Origin: Gemmatimonas sp.
Lineage (GTDB): Bacteria > Gemmatimonadota > Gemmatimonadetes > Gemmatimonadales > Gemmatimonadaceae
Length of the DNA: 64,000 nt
Direction: 5' to 3'
Assembly: GCA_031414535.1 (NCBI GenBank)
Contig: JANNVQ010000054.1
Coordinates: 32,001-96,000 of the forward strand
In this document: positions 19,989-29,850 of the stretch, in pieces
Layout of the letters: each line of letters opens with the position of its first letter
Numbering within the stretch: the stretch's first letter is position 1
Translations under genes and position numbers: made by a program
The notes under the pieces: generated by a model
What the model saw: only the letters and a program-made list of their open reading frames with translations
What the model was told of the DNA's origin: nothing
The model's database searches: none

Positions 19989-20728
19989 GCGCATCCGAGA
20001 TTTCGTACCCAACATATCTTGAGCTCGAAACGCTACTCAAGTTGCAGAAACCACAAAGTACGCCCGAGCATCCCGATGAACTGATCTTCATCGTTGTGCA
20101 TCAGGCGAGTGAGCTTTGGTTCAAGGTGCTCCTCCATGAGTTCGATCAACTCATCGCGCGGCTCGAAGAGTTTGACCCCGTCGGTTCGCTGACGTCCATG
20201 CAGCGCATCAACACGCTAGTGGAATTGGTGTCGCACGAGCTGAGCGCGCTCGATACCCTGCCTCCGCAACGCTTCGCGCAGTTTCGCGGCTACCTTGGTA
20301 GCTCCAGCGGATCACAGAGTGCCCAGTTCCGTGCCATCGAAGCCACCAGCGGTTTGCGGGAAGCACATTTCATGGCCGCGCTCAAAGAGCACGGCGACAT
20401 CCCTGCCGTGGTCCAGCGCGCGTTAGCGCGGCCCACCTTGCAGGAGCTCTACCTCAAGATGCTGGAGCAACACGGCATCACGCTTGACGAGGTGTACACG
20501 GATACCAAGCACGCCATGCTACACATGCTCGCCGAGTCATTCTTGGCGTACGAGCAGGGGTTTGGCCGCTGGCGATTTCTACACGTGCAAATGGTGGAGC
20601 GCATCATCGGTCCGGATACCGGCGGCACGGGCGGCACGTTGGGTTCGAAGTACCTCATGAAGACCATGGGGCAGCGCTTTTTTCCGGCGCTCTGGGCCGT
20701 GCGTGCGCGGCTGTACGGACGCGGGTAA
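19985..20728 (+). CDS. kynA: Tryptophan 2,3-dioxygenase
   Basis: DELIFIVVHQASELW, SSGSQSAQFR, WRFLHVQMVERIIG, GTGGT. Confidence 0.9.
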   Translation: MSASEISYPTYLELETLLKLQKPQSTPEHPDELIFIVVHQASELWFKVLLHEFDQLIARLEEFDPVGSLTSMQRINTLVELVSHELSALDTLPPQRFAQFRGYLGSSSGSQSAQFRAIEATSGLREAHFMAALKEHGDIPAVVQRALARPTLQELYLKMLEQHGITLDEVYTDTKHAMLHMLAESFLAYEQGFGRWRFLHVQMVERIIGPDTGGTGGTLGSKYLMKTMGQRFFPALWAVRARLYGRG

Positions 20729-20731
20729 GAC

Positions 20732-21382
20732 GTGAGCGCGTCGGAGCCACTGGACCCCGCTTCACTGATTGACATCTCCATTCCATTTAGCGAGCGCACG
20801 CCGCCCTGGCCCGGTGATACGCCGTGGAGTTGTGGTTGGGCGTGGAGCATGGCCGATGGTGCGAGCGTGAATGTGTCCAAGTGGGTGACAAGTCCACACG
20901 TGGGGACGCATGCGGATGCGCCGCTGCACGTGATGCGTGACGGATTGGGTGCTGACGCGCTACCACTCGCGCCTTTTGTTGGGCCAGCTCTCGTTGTCGA
21001 CGTGCGCGGTGTGCGCGGTGCGATTTCGTTGGCGCAGCTCAAAACCGGCGGATGGAAGCCTGGCACGGCGCGCCTGCTACTCCACACGGGGCAGACGACT
21101 GCAGGCGGAGTATTCCCCGCAGCCTGGCCCGCGCTCGCCGACGACACCGCTGCGGCGCTCGTGGCAGAGGGTCTCATCCTGCTTGGTGTTGACGCACCCA
21201 GCGTAGACGAGCGCGAAAGCAAGACGCTCAGTGTGCACAACGTTCTATTTGGCGCACGCTGTTACCTGCTCGAGAATCTCGATTTGCGCGAGGTCGAGCG
21301 TGGCGAGTACCAGCTCCTTGCTCCGCCGCTCAAGGTTGGCGGTGGGGACGCGGCGCCGGTACGGGCGTTCCTCCGGCGCTGA
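20732..21382 (+). CDS. kynB: Kynurenine formamidase (cyclase family)
   Basis: PWPGDTP, HVGTHADAPLH, GVDAPSVD, LENL; follows TDO. Confidence 0.85.
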   Translation: MSASEPLDPASLIDISIPFSERTPPWPGDTPWSCGWAWSMADGASVNVSKWVTSPHVGTHADAPLHVMRDGLGADALPLAPFVGPALVVDVRGVRGAISLAQLKTGGWKPGTARLLLHTGQTTAGGVFPAAWPALADDTAAALVAEGLILLGVDAPSVDERESKTLSVHNVLFGARCYLLENLDLREVERGEYQLLAPPLKVGGGDAAPVRAFLRR

Positions 21383-21401
21383 GGCAGTCGCGTTAAAAGC
21401 G

Positions 21402-21920
21402 TTAGCGGGTCGGCAAGCGCAGCCCATCGAGAAAAAACGCGGCCAGCTCGGCCCGGCCGCCCAAGCCGCTCTTGGTGTACACCTCCACCGCGTGCTGGCG
21501 CACCGTCCGTTCACTGCGCCCGGTTACGGCCGCGATTTGCTTATGGCCCAGTCCTTTAAGAATGTGGACTGCCACCTCGCGCTCGGTCGGCGTCAACATC
21601 CAGGCCGTGAACTGCTCGTCAATCGCATGCCCGAGGCCCAGCAGCGACACCTCCGCCTTGGCTTTCCACTCCGCGGCTGCGGCATGTTGCACCGCCAATT
21701 CAGCGCGGGTGTCCTCCAAATCGTCCGCGGAGCGCCGCCAACCGAGAGAGAGGTAGATGGCGGCGCCCAAGCTGAGGGAGACGAGGCTGAGCTCCAGCAG
21801 CACGTGAGCGCTTAACCAAGTATCCGGAGAGTCCAAAACAAGATCCGTGACCCCCATTCCCGCAAACGCGATGAGAATGAGAATCACTACGGGTCCGGCA
21901 ACTGTCTCTTTCGGCCTCAT
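21402..21920 (-). CDS. Membrane-anchored LuxR-type HTH regulator
   Basis: Two N-terminal TM helices; LTPTEREVAVHILKGLGHKQIA...SERTVRQH. Confidence 0.85.
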   Translation of the reverse strand: MRPKETVAGPVVILILIAFAGMGVTDLVLDSPDTWLSAHVLLELSLVSLSLGAAIYLSLGWRRSADDLEDTRAELAVQHAAAAEWKAKAEVSLLGLGHAIDEQFTAWMLTPTEREVAVHILKGLGHKQIAAVTGRSERTVRQHAVEVYTKSGLGGRAELAAFFLDGLRLPTR

Positions 21921-22019
21921 GCCGACAAATGTCGGATAGCCCGCAGGCCGAGGAAAGGGCAACCTGCATCCAGCCGAAGGCACCGGGCCGTCGATTTGCA
22001 CCCTGACGTCGGAGACTTT

Positions 22020-22544
22020 ATGCAGAATCTGCTCACAGGCATTAGCTCACTCCCCCTGCACCCGCTGGTGGTGCACTTCCCGGTGGTGTTCGCCGTGCTG
22101 GCCCCCGCTTTTGCCTTCGGGGCTCTGGTCGCCATCAAGCGCGGCACTCGCCCGCTTGTGGCATGGGGTATGACCGCCGTCCTCGTCGCAGCCCTTAGCG
22201 GCAGTAGCTTTCTCGCCCTCGAGACGGGCGAGGATCAGGAAGAAGCTGTCGAAAACATCGTTCCAGGCTCGGCACTCGACACCCACGAGGACGCGGCGAA
22301 CCGGTTCTTCAGCTTCTCGCTGGTGCTCGTGGGCATCACGGCAGCGGGCTTCCTGCCGCGCCGCGCGGGGACGGCCGCACGCCTCGTCGCTACGGCTGGC
22401 ACGCTGGTGATGGTCGTGGCTGGCTACCAGGTGGGCCACAGCGGCGGTTCATTGGTGTACGAACACAACGCAGCCTCTGCGTACACCAGAGCCTCGGACG
22501 GCAGAAACACGGTGACCGCGGCTCCCGAAGACGACGTAAACTGA
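22020..22544 (+). CDS. DUF2231-like membrane protein
   Basis: PLHPLVVHFP, four TM helices, GHSGGSLVY. Confidence 0.75.
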   Translation: MQNLLTGISSLPLHPLVVHFPVVFAVLAPAFAFGALVAIKRGTRPLVAWGMTAVLVAALSGSSFLALETGEDQEEAVENIVPGSALDTHEDAANRFFSFSLVLVGITAAGFLPRRAGTAARLVATAGTLVMVVAGYQVGHSGGSLVYEHNAASAYTRASDGRNTVTAAPEDDVN

Positions 22545-22631
22545 GGATATTGAGGGGCGCGCCACGGCAATGTGGCGCGCCTAGATCTTCTCTATTCAGG
22601 ACGCGTTATGCTGGCACGAAATGGTGGAGTA

Positions 22632-23714
22632 ATGTGGCGGCCCTTGATGGTGATTGCAGCGATGGCTCTGGGAGCCTGCGAATCGAGTGCGTCGAGTGCC
22701 GAGCTGCCCGGCGGGCGCGTGCGTCGCCTCGAAGCAGGTGACTCGCTCCCAAACCTCGCGCGCCCCGCCGGATTCGCAGGCACCCTGCCCTGCGATGGCT
22801 GCGAGGGCGTTGAAGCCTGGCTCGTACTGAATCCCGACGGCTCGTATCGTCTGCGCGAGCGCAAGCTCGAGGGCAATGCCACGGCCTCCGTATCGCTCGG
22901 CCGCTGGCACATCAGTCGCGACACGGTTCCGGTTGTCTCATTGTTCGCGAGCGACTCCACCCCGCGCCGCCTCGCCCTCACCGGAGCGCTCACGCTGCGC
23001 GCACTGGCGGCAGACGGCTCGGCAATCGAAAGCGAGTCGCCCCTCGAGCTCGTACGCGTCTCGATGCCCAGCGACTTGAACGCACCGGCAAGATTTCGCG
23101 GTGAGTTTCGCTACCTCGCCGACGCCGCCACGCTCGTCTCGTGCAACGGTGGGATCCAGTTCCCCGTGGTCGGGGACTCCGCTTTCCTCAGTCTTCAGCG
23201 CGCGCATCGCGAGCAACTCCTGGGTACGGGAGCGGCCATTCTCGTGGATGTGGTAGGGCGCCTGCAGATGCGTCCGGGCACGGAGACGGGCGACACACTC
23301 GAAACCTTGGTAGTGGAGTCATTCACCGTCGTCGAGCGTAAGCAGGCCTGCAATGCGACTGCCGTGCACGCGGTCGCAGCGATTGGTGACTGGAATCTCA
23401 GTGCACTCGATGGAGTGAAGCTCCCGGAACTCACACGCGAACGTCAGCCCACGCTGCGGTTTGTGCTCAGCGAGCCCTCGATGGCCGGCAACGCTGGTTG
23501 CAACCGCTTCACGGGCCGCGCGATACTCCGCGGTTTGACGCTCGTGCCGCAACCGGTGGGCCTCACAAAAATGATGTGCGATGGCGCGGACGTGATGCAA
23601 CGGGAGTCCCGCTATGCGCAGGTGCTCAGTGCGGGCGGCTGGTTCCGCCTCGAAGCCGGCGACCTCGTGCTCTCGCGCGGCGGCACGGATGTGGCGAGGT
23701 TCTACCGCAGGTAG
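22632..23714 (+). CDS. Lipoprotein with NlpE-like N- and C-terminal domains plus META domain
   Basis: Lipobox ALGAC; GTLPCDGCEG; FRYLADAATLVSC; GNAGCNRF...TKMMC; start uncertain. Confidence 0.8.
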   Translation: MWRPLMVIAAMALGACESSASSAELPGGRVRRLEAGDSLPNLARPAGFAGTLPCDGCEGVEAWLVLNPDGSYRLRERKLEGNATASVSLGRWHISRDTVPVVSLFASDSTPRRLALTGALTLRALAADGSAIESESPLELVRVSMPSDLNAPARFRGEFRYLADAATLVSCNGGIQFPVVGDSAFLSLQRAHREQLLGTGAAILVDVVGRLQMRPGTETGDTLETLVVESFTVVERKQACNATAVHAVAAIGDWNLSALDGVKLPELTRERQPTLRFVLSEPSMAGNAGCNRFTGRAILRGLTLVPQPVGLTKMMCDGADVMQRESRYAQVLSAGGWFRLEAGDLVLSRGGTDVARFYRR

Positions 23715-23732
23715 TTCCCACTCGGAGGCAGG

Positions 23733-24278
23733 ATGCAGAGCAAGGCTAAGACCGTCGCGGAGTATCTAAAGTCCATTCCAGCGGAGCGGCGCGACTCCAT
23801 GGAGCGCGTCATGGCCGTCGTGCGCGCCAACGCCGACCCTTTGCTCGTGGAAGGGATGCAGTACGGCATGATTGGCTGGTACGTACCGCACGCGGTCTTT
23901 GGGCCAGGCTACCACTGCGACCCCAAACAGGCCCTGCCCTACGCCTGCCTCGCCTCGCAGAAGAATCACATGTCGCTGTACCTGATGACGGCATACGCCG
24001 AGGGTAGCAAAGGCGAAGTGTGGCTGAAGCACGCGTGGCCGAAGACCGCGAAGAAGCTCGATATGGGAAAGAGCTGCATTCGCTTCAAGCACGCGGACGA
24101 CTTAGCGCTTGATGTCGTGGGCGAAGCGATTCGCCGAGTGTCGGTGGCGGATCATCTCGCGTGGTACGCGGAGCTAGATCCGCGGAACCGGAAGAAGCCG
24201 GCGACAAAGAAGGCCGCCGCGAAGAAGCCCGCCGCTAAGAAGGCCACCGCGAAGAAACCCGCCGCGAAGAAGAAGTAG
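23733..24278 (+). CDS. DUF1801 domain protein with Lys/Ala-rich tail
   Basis: TVAEYL, EGMQYGMIGW, LASQKNHMSLY, DMGKSCIRFK; KKPAAKK repeats. Confidence 0.85.
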   Translation: MQSKAKTVAEYLKSIPAERRDSMERVMAVVRANADPLLVEGMQYGMIGWYVPHAVFGPGYHCDPKQALPYACLASQKNHMSLYLMTAYAEGSKGEVWLKHAWPKTAKKLDMGKSCIRFKHADDLALDVVGEAIRRVSVADHLAWYAELDPRNRKKPATKKAAAKKPAAKKATAKKPAAKKK

Positions 24279-24287
24279 CGGGTCTCG

Positions 24288-24878
24288 CTACACGCCGAGC
24301 TGTTCGAGATCCGGCACGCAGGGCACGGACTTCCCCTTGATCTTTGGTGGCGCGAGCAGCTTCGCGTGATGCCGTGTGTGCGCGTTCAGCAGTACGAGCG
24401 TTTGATACGCATTGAGCGCACCGAGGTACGCGTGCGTCAATCGCACACTGGGGCTGCGCTCCGTCGCGTCACGCAACGCCGCAAGCATTGCCGTAGCGGC
24501 CGCTTGGACGCGCGCCGTCAACGCGTCGCGTGTGGCGCCGTGCGCCGCTGCCATATCTGGCCGCACTTCGCGGGGAGCAGGTACGCCCTTGGGGAAGCGA
24601 CCGGTGAGCCTCATCAGCGGAAGCATGACCACGCGGCTTAGCCAGCTGACGAGCGCCGAACGGCGCAACTGCATACCCGGACCACCCCGTAGCGCATCGA
24701 CGCCAAGCAAATAACTCTGCTCGATGTGAAGCACCATCTGGGCGGGCGACCACCGGCCATCACCCAAGGGCGCGCGCCACTTCTCGTCGGGCACGAGGGA
24801 CGCGGCCACGAGAAACGCCGCCACGCTTTCCGCGTGCTCGCGCTCCGCATCAATCCACTTTGATGAGCGTCGTTGCAT
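24288..24878 (-). CDS. DinB-family protein
   Basis: GRWSPAQMVLHI and HTRHH motifs. Confidence 0.75.
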   Translation of the reverse strand: MQRRSSKWIDAEREHAESVAAFLVAASLVPDEKWRAPLGDGRWSPAQMVLHIEQSYLLGVDALRGGPGMQLRRSALVSWLSRVVMLPLMRLTGRFPKGVPAPREVRPDMAAAHGATRDALTARVQAAATAMLAALRDATERSPSVRLTHAYLGALNAYQTLVLLNAHTRHHAKLLAPPKIKGKSVPCVPDLEQLGV

Positions 24879-24952
24879 AGGACGTGAACACCTCAGAATG
24901 CGACTGCGTTCCGCTCCACCACTCAATACGTCACGGCGTCGTGACCCGGAAG

Positions 24953-25657
24953 TTAGGCGTCCGGACCTTGCGGAGCGACCTCAAACCGAAAGAGCTGTTC
25001 GGCGAGCTGACGCACCGGCCGCTGCCCCACCTTGGCGGGACGGAATCGCATTCCCGGCATCGCCTCGCGCACGGCGCGGTCAAACTCCGGAGCCGTCGCT
25101 TCTACGGTCATCACACTGGCCATATCCACACGACCCGTGGAGTCCACCACGAAACGCACAATCACGTAGCCCTCGACGCCTCGGGTCTCCAGTGCCGCGG
25201 GATACACCGGCGCCGCAGACGAAGGATCGCGTTCAGCGGCCGAATCCACTTCCACTATTTGATAGGCGTTCGCGAGCAGCGCGTTCATAGCGGCAATTTC
25301 CGCGTCGGCGTCCATCGCCGAGCCTGTGGCGACAGCTCCGGTTTGCACCGCGGCGCTTCGCTTACCGGCGCGACGCTCGCCGAAGTCTCCGGGCTTGTCG
25401 CCGAGGCTGGTGCCGCCGTCACCGACCTGGGCCGCATAACCCGCAACCTTCTGCGACGGTGCAGGGCTGGTCACTGGAGGGACGAGGAAGCGCAGGCCTT
25501 CGGGGAGCTCGCCGAAGGCCTCCCAGGCCACCGTCCCCACCGCAGAACCCACGACGATGGCGCCAATGATTAATCCGTGGGCGCCTGCGCTGACAAGCGC
25601 GGCCAGAGGCTCCGGGCGCGCCGTTTGAGTTGAAAGCAGCTTGAGTCGACGAGACAT
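24953..25657 (-). CDS. TonB-family energy transducer
   Basis: N-terminal SxxxH TM; PVYP...GVEGYVIVRFVVDSTGRV...FRPAKVG. Confidence 0.85.
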   Translation of the reverse strand: MSRRLKLLSTQTARPEPLAALVSAGAHGLIIGAIVVGSAVGTVAWEAFGELPEGLRFLVPPVTSPAPSQKVAGYAAQVGDGGTSLGDKPGDFGERRAGKRSAAVQTGAVATGSAMDADAEIAAMNALLANAYQIVEVDSAAERDPSSAAPVYPAALETRGVEGYVIVRFVVDSTGRVDMASVMTVEATAPEFDRAVREAMPGMRFRPAKVGQRPVRQLAEQLFRFEVAPQGPDA

Positions 25658-25835
25658 CGTGTTCCCCCGAGGGCAGCGTACCGCCTCTCCTTACAAGAAT
25701 ACTACCCTACGAGGGCGAACCGAGCGCAACTGGGGATAGACCGCCCCTCAGGTGGCCCGGACGCCCACTCACCGCTCGCGAGCGGCTCGTCCCACCGAGC
25801 GCGACAGGTCACACGCTCGGTGGCAAGCTTGGACC

Positions 25836-26609
25836 ATGCGCCCATACCATGTCCTACTTCCGCTCGTCGCTGTGGGTTTCTCTGCTTGCCTTGGACTCGT
25901 CGCGCCCAAGCCCGAGGTACCGCGACTCACCGGAAATCTACGGGTGTTGTTTGTTGGCAACTCCCATTCCTATGAGCAGGACCTCTCTGGCCTCGTGCAG
26001 CTGGTAGCCAGGCAAGCAGGCAATACGGAACTGCTGACCGCTCGCGTGGCCTTCGCAAACTATGCGCTCGAAGACCATGCGTACGAGGGCACGGCCCAAA
26101 AGGCACTGGAGGGCTCGCAGTGGGAGTACGTCGTGATGCAGCAGGGGCCGTCGTCGCTCGCCTCGAGCCACTCGCATTTGAGCTATTGGTCACAGTGGTG
26201 GCATCCGCGCATCACGGCGGCACAGGCGATGCCGGTGCTCTACCAAATCTGGCCAAGCGCGGGGAGACGGGGCGATGCTGCGAATGCGCTTCTGTCTTAC
26301 TCGAATGCGGCGGCGCTGGTCGGCGGCTTGCTCGCGCCGGCTGGAGACGCGTTCACCGCGGCGCTCGAGGCGGACGGCGATATTGGCGTCTATGCATGGG
26401 ATGGGATGCACGCGTCGAGGCGCGGCGCATATCTGGCCGCGCTGGTGATTGTCGGCCGCATTCTCGACGTTGACGTGAGAACGCTACCGCCAGTGATCCC
26501 AGGGTCATCCGAACCAGAAGCCATCGTGCGAGCGCTGCAGCAAGCGGCGGCCACCGCACTCGCGCGCAATCCCGCACGGCCAGGCGTTCCGCTGGAGACC
26601 AGGCGATGA
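25836..26609 (+). CDS. SGNH/GDSL-hydrolase-like lipoprotein
   Basis: FSAC lipobox-like; VLFVGNS; VVMQQ; DGMH. Confidence 0.72.
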   Translation: MRPYHVLLPLVAVGFSACLGLVAPKPEVPRLTGNLRVLFVGNSHSYEQDLSGLVQLVARQAGNTELLTARVAFANYALEDHAYEGTAQKALEGSQWEYVVMQQGPSSLASSHSHLSYWSQWWHPRITAAQAMPVLYQIWPSAGRRGDAANALLSYSNAAALVGGLLAPAGDAFTAALEADGDIGVYAWDGMHASRRGAYLAALVIVGRILDVDVRTLPPVIPGSSEPEAIVRALQQAAATALARNPARPGVPLETRR

Positions 26610-27898
26610 AGCGCGCACTCGCAGTGCTGGTATTTGCGATTGGTGGGGTGGCGGCCGGACGCTGGAACCCCGCGGAGCAAGCGCAGCTGGGGCGCGACGC
26701 GTGGCAACGTGCCATTGCACTGCTACGCGCCGGCGATTCCACTCGAGCACTCGCCCAACTGCGCCGCGCGCACGAGGCCTGGCCCGCGCAGCCCGCATAC
26801 AGCGAGGCCCTCGTGCGCCTCGCGGCCCGCTTGGGCGATGCCCGCGTAACTACCGGAACGCTGCAACTGCTCGCCCTGCAAGGGCTAGGTGCGGCGGCGG
26901 CGGCAGACAGCGTCGTCACGGCGCTCGCCGCGGAACACCCCGCCCTCGCGGCTTCTCGTCGGCACGTGCTTCAATCCGGCACGGGTCCCGACCGCTCCGC
27001 GACGCAGGTCGTCAGCACGGATACGCTCTTCTTCCCTGAGGGCCTGAGCGTCGATCCTCGGGACGGGACGCTATTCGTCAGTAGCCTACGCCATCGCAAC
27101 GTATGGGTGATTCCAGCGACCGGCGCTGCACGCTGGTTGCTGCCAGTTGAGGTGGCTGGCCGCGGTGCGGTCTTCGGCGTGAAGCTCGCAGCGGACGGCA
27201 GTACCGTGTGGCTTGCACTTGCACCAACTCCACACATGGGCGCGAGCGTGGCGGACTCGTCGGTGGCGGCCGAGCTGTGGCAGGTGGATCGCGCGTCTGC
27301 CGCGGTCATTCTCCGCGTACCGCTTGGCGATGGCACAGGCGTGCCCGGGGAGCTGGCCCTTGGTACCGATGGCTCCGTGCTCGTCAGTGATGCCGTGCTC
27401 GGGCGGCTGTATCGCTTACGCGCTGGCGCAACGGCGTTGGACGTGATCGAGAGTCCGCTCCTGCGCTCACCGCAGGGCATCGCAGTGCTCCCCGATGGAC
27501 ACAGCGCCATCGTCGCCGACTGGAGTCACGGTCTACTTCGGTGGGATCTCGCGACGGATGAGATCAGCGCGTTGGAAGCGCCGAGTACGATGGCGTTACT
27601 CGGCCTTGACGGTCTGCTGATGGTGAACGGCGCGCTCATCGCCGTGCAGAATGGTGTGAATCCGATGCGCGTGGTACGCGTGCGCCTAGACGCCGATGCG
27701 CGACGCGTGCTTGCCGTGGAGACGCTGGATCGGCCGGCGGAGAACGCGGGCGAGTTCACCGTGATTGCAGCACTCGGACGCGACATCCTCTACGTGGCGT
27801 CGAGTAGTTGGCCGTTCTGGAACGAGCGCGCGCAGCGAATCCCCACGAGCGGCGCACTCCCGCCAGTCACACTCCGTCGCTTCAGGTTGCCGGAATGA
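26606..27898 (+). CDS. Exported beta-propeller protein (SMP-30/gluconolactonase-like)
   Basis: FFPEGL, SPQGI, GLDGL, AVQNG repeats after a helical N-terminus. Confidence 0.7.
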   Translation: MKRALAVLVFAIGGVAAGRWNPAEQAQLGRDAWQRAIALLRAGDSTRALAQLRRAHEAWPAQPAYSEALVRLAARLGDARVTTGTLQLLALQGLGAAAAADSVVTALAAEHPALAASRRHVLQSGTGPDRSATQVVSTDTLFFPEGLSVDPRDGTLFVSSLRHRNVWVIPATGAARWLLPVEVAGRGAVFGVKLAADGSTVWLALAPTPHMGASVADSSVAAELWQVDRASAAVILRVPLGDGTGVPGELALGTDGSVLVSDAVLGRLYRLRAGATALDVIESPLLRSPQGIAVLPDGHSAIVADWSHGLLRWDLATDEISALEAPSTMALLGLDGLLMVNGALIAVQNGVNPMRVVRVRLDADARRVLAVETLDRPAENAGEFTVIAALGRDILYVASSSWPFWNERAQRIPTSGALPPVTLRRFRLPE

Positions 27899-28970
27899 AC
27901 ACCACAGCATCCATGCCGCCCACCTCGCGTGGCCGCAACGTGAGCGTAGCGGTAGGGCCGTAGAGACGCTCCAATCGCGAACGCAGATTCTTCACCGCCA
28001 TTCCCGCACCCGTGCGCGTGGCGGGCTGCTCGGACGGCGTCCCATCGGGACCATCGTCGCGCACTATGAGGCTGAGGCCGCCATTCTGCGCCCGCGCAAT
28101 GATGCGCACCACGCCTGGACGGCGCCGCTGCCCCATGGCATGCCGTAGTGCGTTTTCCACCAAGGGCTGTAGCGCGAATGCGGGCACCATCCGAGACGAG
28201 AGCCCGGCATCAATTTCCCATTCGACGCTAAGTCGATCGGCGAAGCGCACCTGTTCGATCTCTAAGTAGCGGGCCGTGAGTTCTACTTCCTGCGCCAGCG
28301 TGGTCTCTTGCGCGTCACCCGACGTGAGCGTGGCACGCAGCAGCTCAGAGATGCGTACCAACATCTCTCGCGCCTGCGTGGGATCGCGGCCAATAAGCGT
28401 GACCACAGCGTTCAGCGCGTTGAACAAAAAGTGCGGATTTACCTGCGCGCGCAGGGCTTGGAGACTTGCTTGGGCCACATCTTCGCGCAGGCGCGCCGCG
28501 ACCACTGCTTGTTCCTGCCAGCGGTCGTGCCAGCGCATGGACGCATGCGCGCCGACCACCGCCCAGTACACAACCATCAGGAGATCACCGTACTGGCGAA
28601 TCCCAATGACAATCATGCTCTCGAGGCCACGCGCTTCGTTCATGCCGAAGCCAACCGTCACGCCCCAGATGACAAGAATCTGTAGAGCAATGACGAGCGG
28701 AGACAGCAACGCGTGCGCCGCCAACGCGCGCAGCACGGAGCCGCGCTCCAGCGGCACGCGATCGCCGACCACCACTATGAGTTGGGACCAAAGCGCCCAA
28801 GGCAGCCAGATGAGCAGCTGGGCAGCGAGGACCTCAACGAAGGTGAGATCAGGATTCAGTCGCGAGGGCACGAGACGCAGGCCCAGCGTGGCCACCGCTG
28901 CGGGCAACAACCAGAACCCAACCAAGAGCAGGCGCAGAAAACGTGGCTGCGGCCTCTCGGTGGCGGTCAC
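27882..28970 (-). CDS. LytS/YehU-type sensor histidine kinase
   Basis: TM helices; LRAQVNPHFLFNALN; LQPLVENA; GTG overlaps the upstream stop. Confidence 0.9.
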   Translation of the reverse strand: MTATERPQPRFLRLLLVGFWLLPAAVATLGLRLVPSRLNPDLTFVEVLAAQLLIWLPWALWSQLIVVVGDRVPLERGSVLRALAAHALLSPLVIALQILVIWGVTVGFGMNEARGLESMIVIGIRQYGDLLMVVYWAVVGAHASMRWHDRWQEQAVVAARLREDVAQASLQALRAQVNPHFLFNALNAVVTLIGRDPTQAREMLVRISELLRATLTSGDAQETTLAQEVELTARYLEIEQVRFADRLSVEWEIDAGLSSRMVPAFALQPLVENALRHAMGQRRRPGVVRIIARAQNGGLSLIVRDDGPDGTPSEQPATRTGAGMAVKNLRSRLERLYGPTATLTLRPREVGGMDAVVFIPAT

Positions 28971-29758
28971 TACTTTCCTTCCAAGCGCGCCTGCACCGCC
29001 TCGCGGCGCGTGCGGGAGACCCGCAGCTTGGTGCCGTCTTTGAGAATCAGTACCTGATCCCCGGCAAACCACGGTTGCAGCTCCTTGATTTGATCGATCG
29101 CGACAATCACGCGGCGATGTACGCGCACGAAGCGCGCCGGATCTAGCCGTGATTCAAGATTGCTCAGCGTCTCGCGTAGCGTGTGCTTCCCAGCACTCGA
29201 GAACAAATCCACATAATTGCCCTCCGACTGCATCCAGCGCACGTCCTTCAGCGCCAGCGGATACGTCCGCTCCCCATCGCGCACGAGCACACGTTCCGCG
29301 AAGGCCGCCGGGCTGGACTCCACCGGAGCGCCATCACCGCTGACGGCGGCGAGTAAGGCGCCGAGGCGTCTGGCTTCTGCCGCAATGGACGCGTGTGCAT
29401 GGGCCCGGACGAGGCGTTGCCAACTGGTAGCGAAGCGTGCGTCGTCGAACGGCTTGAGCAGATAGTCCACGGCCGCTGCATCGAACGCTTCCAGCGCGTG
29501 CGTATCGTACGCGGTCACGAAAACGGTCGCGGGCATCGCCGAGGGGCCAATGGCACTCAGGACCGCGAATCCGTCTCGGCCTGGCATCTGGATGTCGAGA
29601 AAGACGCCTTGCGGGGCCCACTGGCGGATGGCCTCCACGGCCGCGTCGCCATCGCCCACTTCCTTGATGGCGGCCGCTGGGGCGAGCTGACGAACCAGCT
29701 CACGCACGCGTTCACGAGCCAAGGGCTCGTCGTCGGCAATCAGGATGCGATCAATCAC
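28970..29758 (-). CDS. LytTR-family response regulator
   Basis: ADDEPLAR, FLDIQMP, DYLLKP, FVRVHR. Confidence 0.92.
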   Translation of the reverse strand: MIDRILIADDEPLARERVRELVRQLAPAAAIKEVGDGDAAVEAIRQWAPQGVFLDIQMPGRDGFAVLSAIGPSAMPATVFVTAYDTHALEAFDAAAVDYLLKPFDDARFATSWQRLVRAHAHASIAAEARRLGALLAAVSGDGAPVESSPAAFAERVLVRDGERTYPLALKDVRWMQSEGNYVDLFSSAGKHTLRETLSNLESRLDPARFVRVHRRVIVAIDQIKELQPWFAGDQVLILKDGTKLRVSRTRREAVQARLEGK

Positions 29759-29850
29759 GGGGAGAATGTAGCGTTTTACGAGGCTTCGAGCCGCGCATGG
29801 CCGGGACGAGCCGTTCGTATTTGGGGACCAACGGTTCGCTAACTTTCGGG

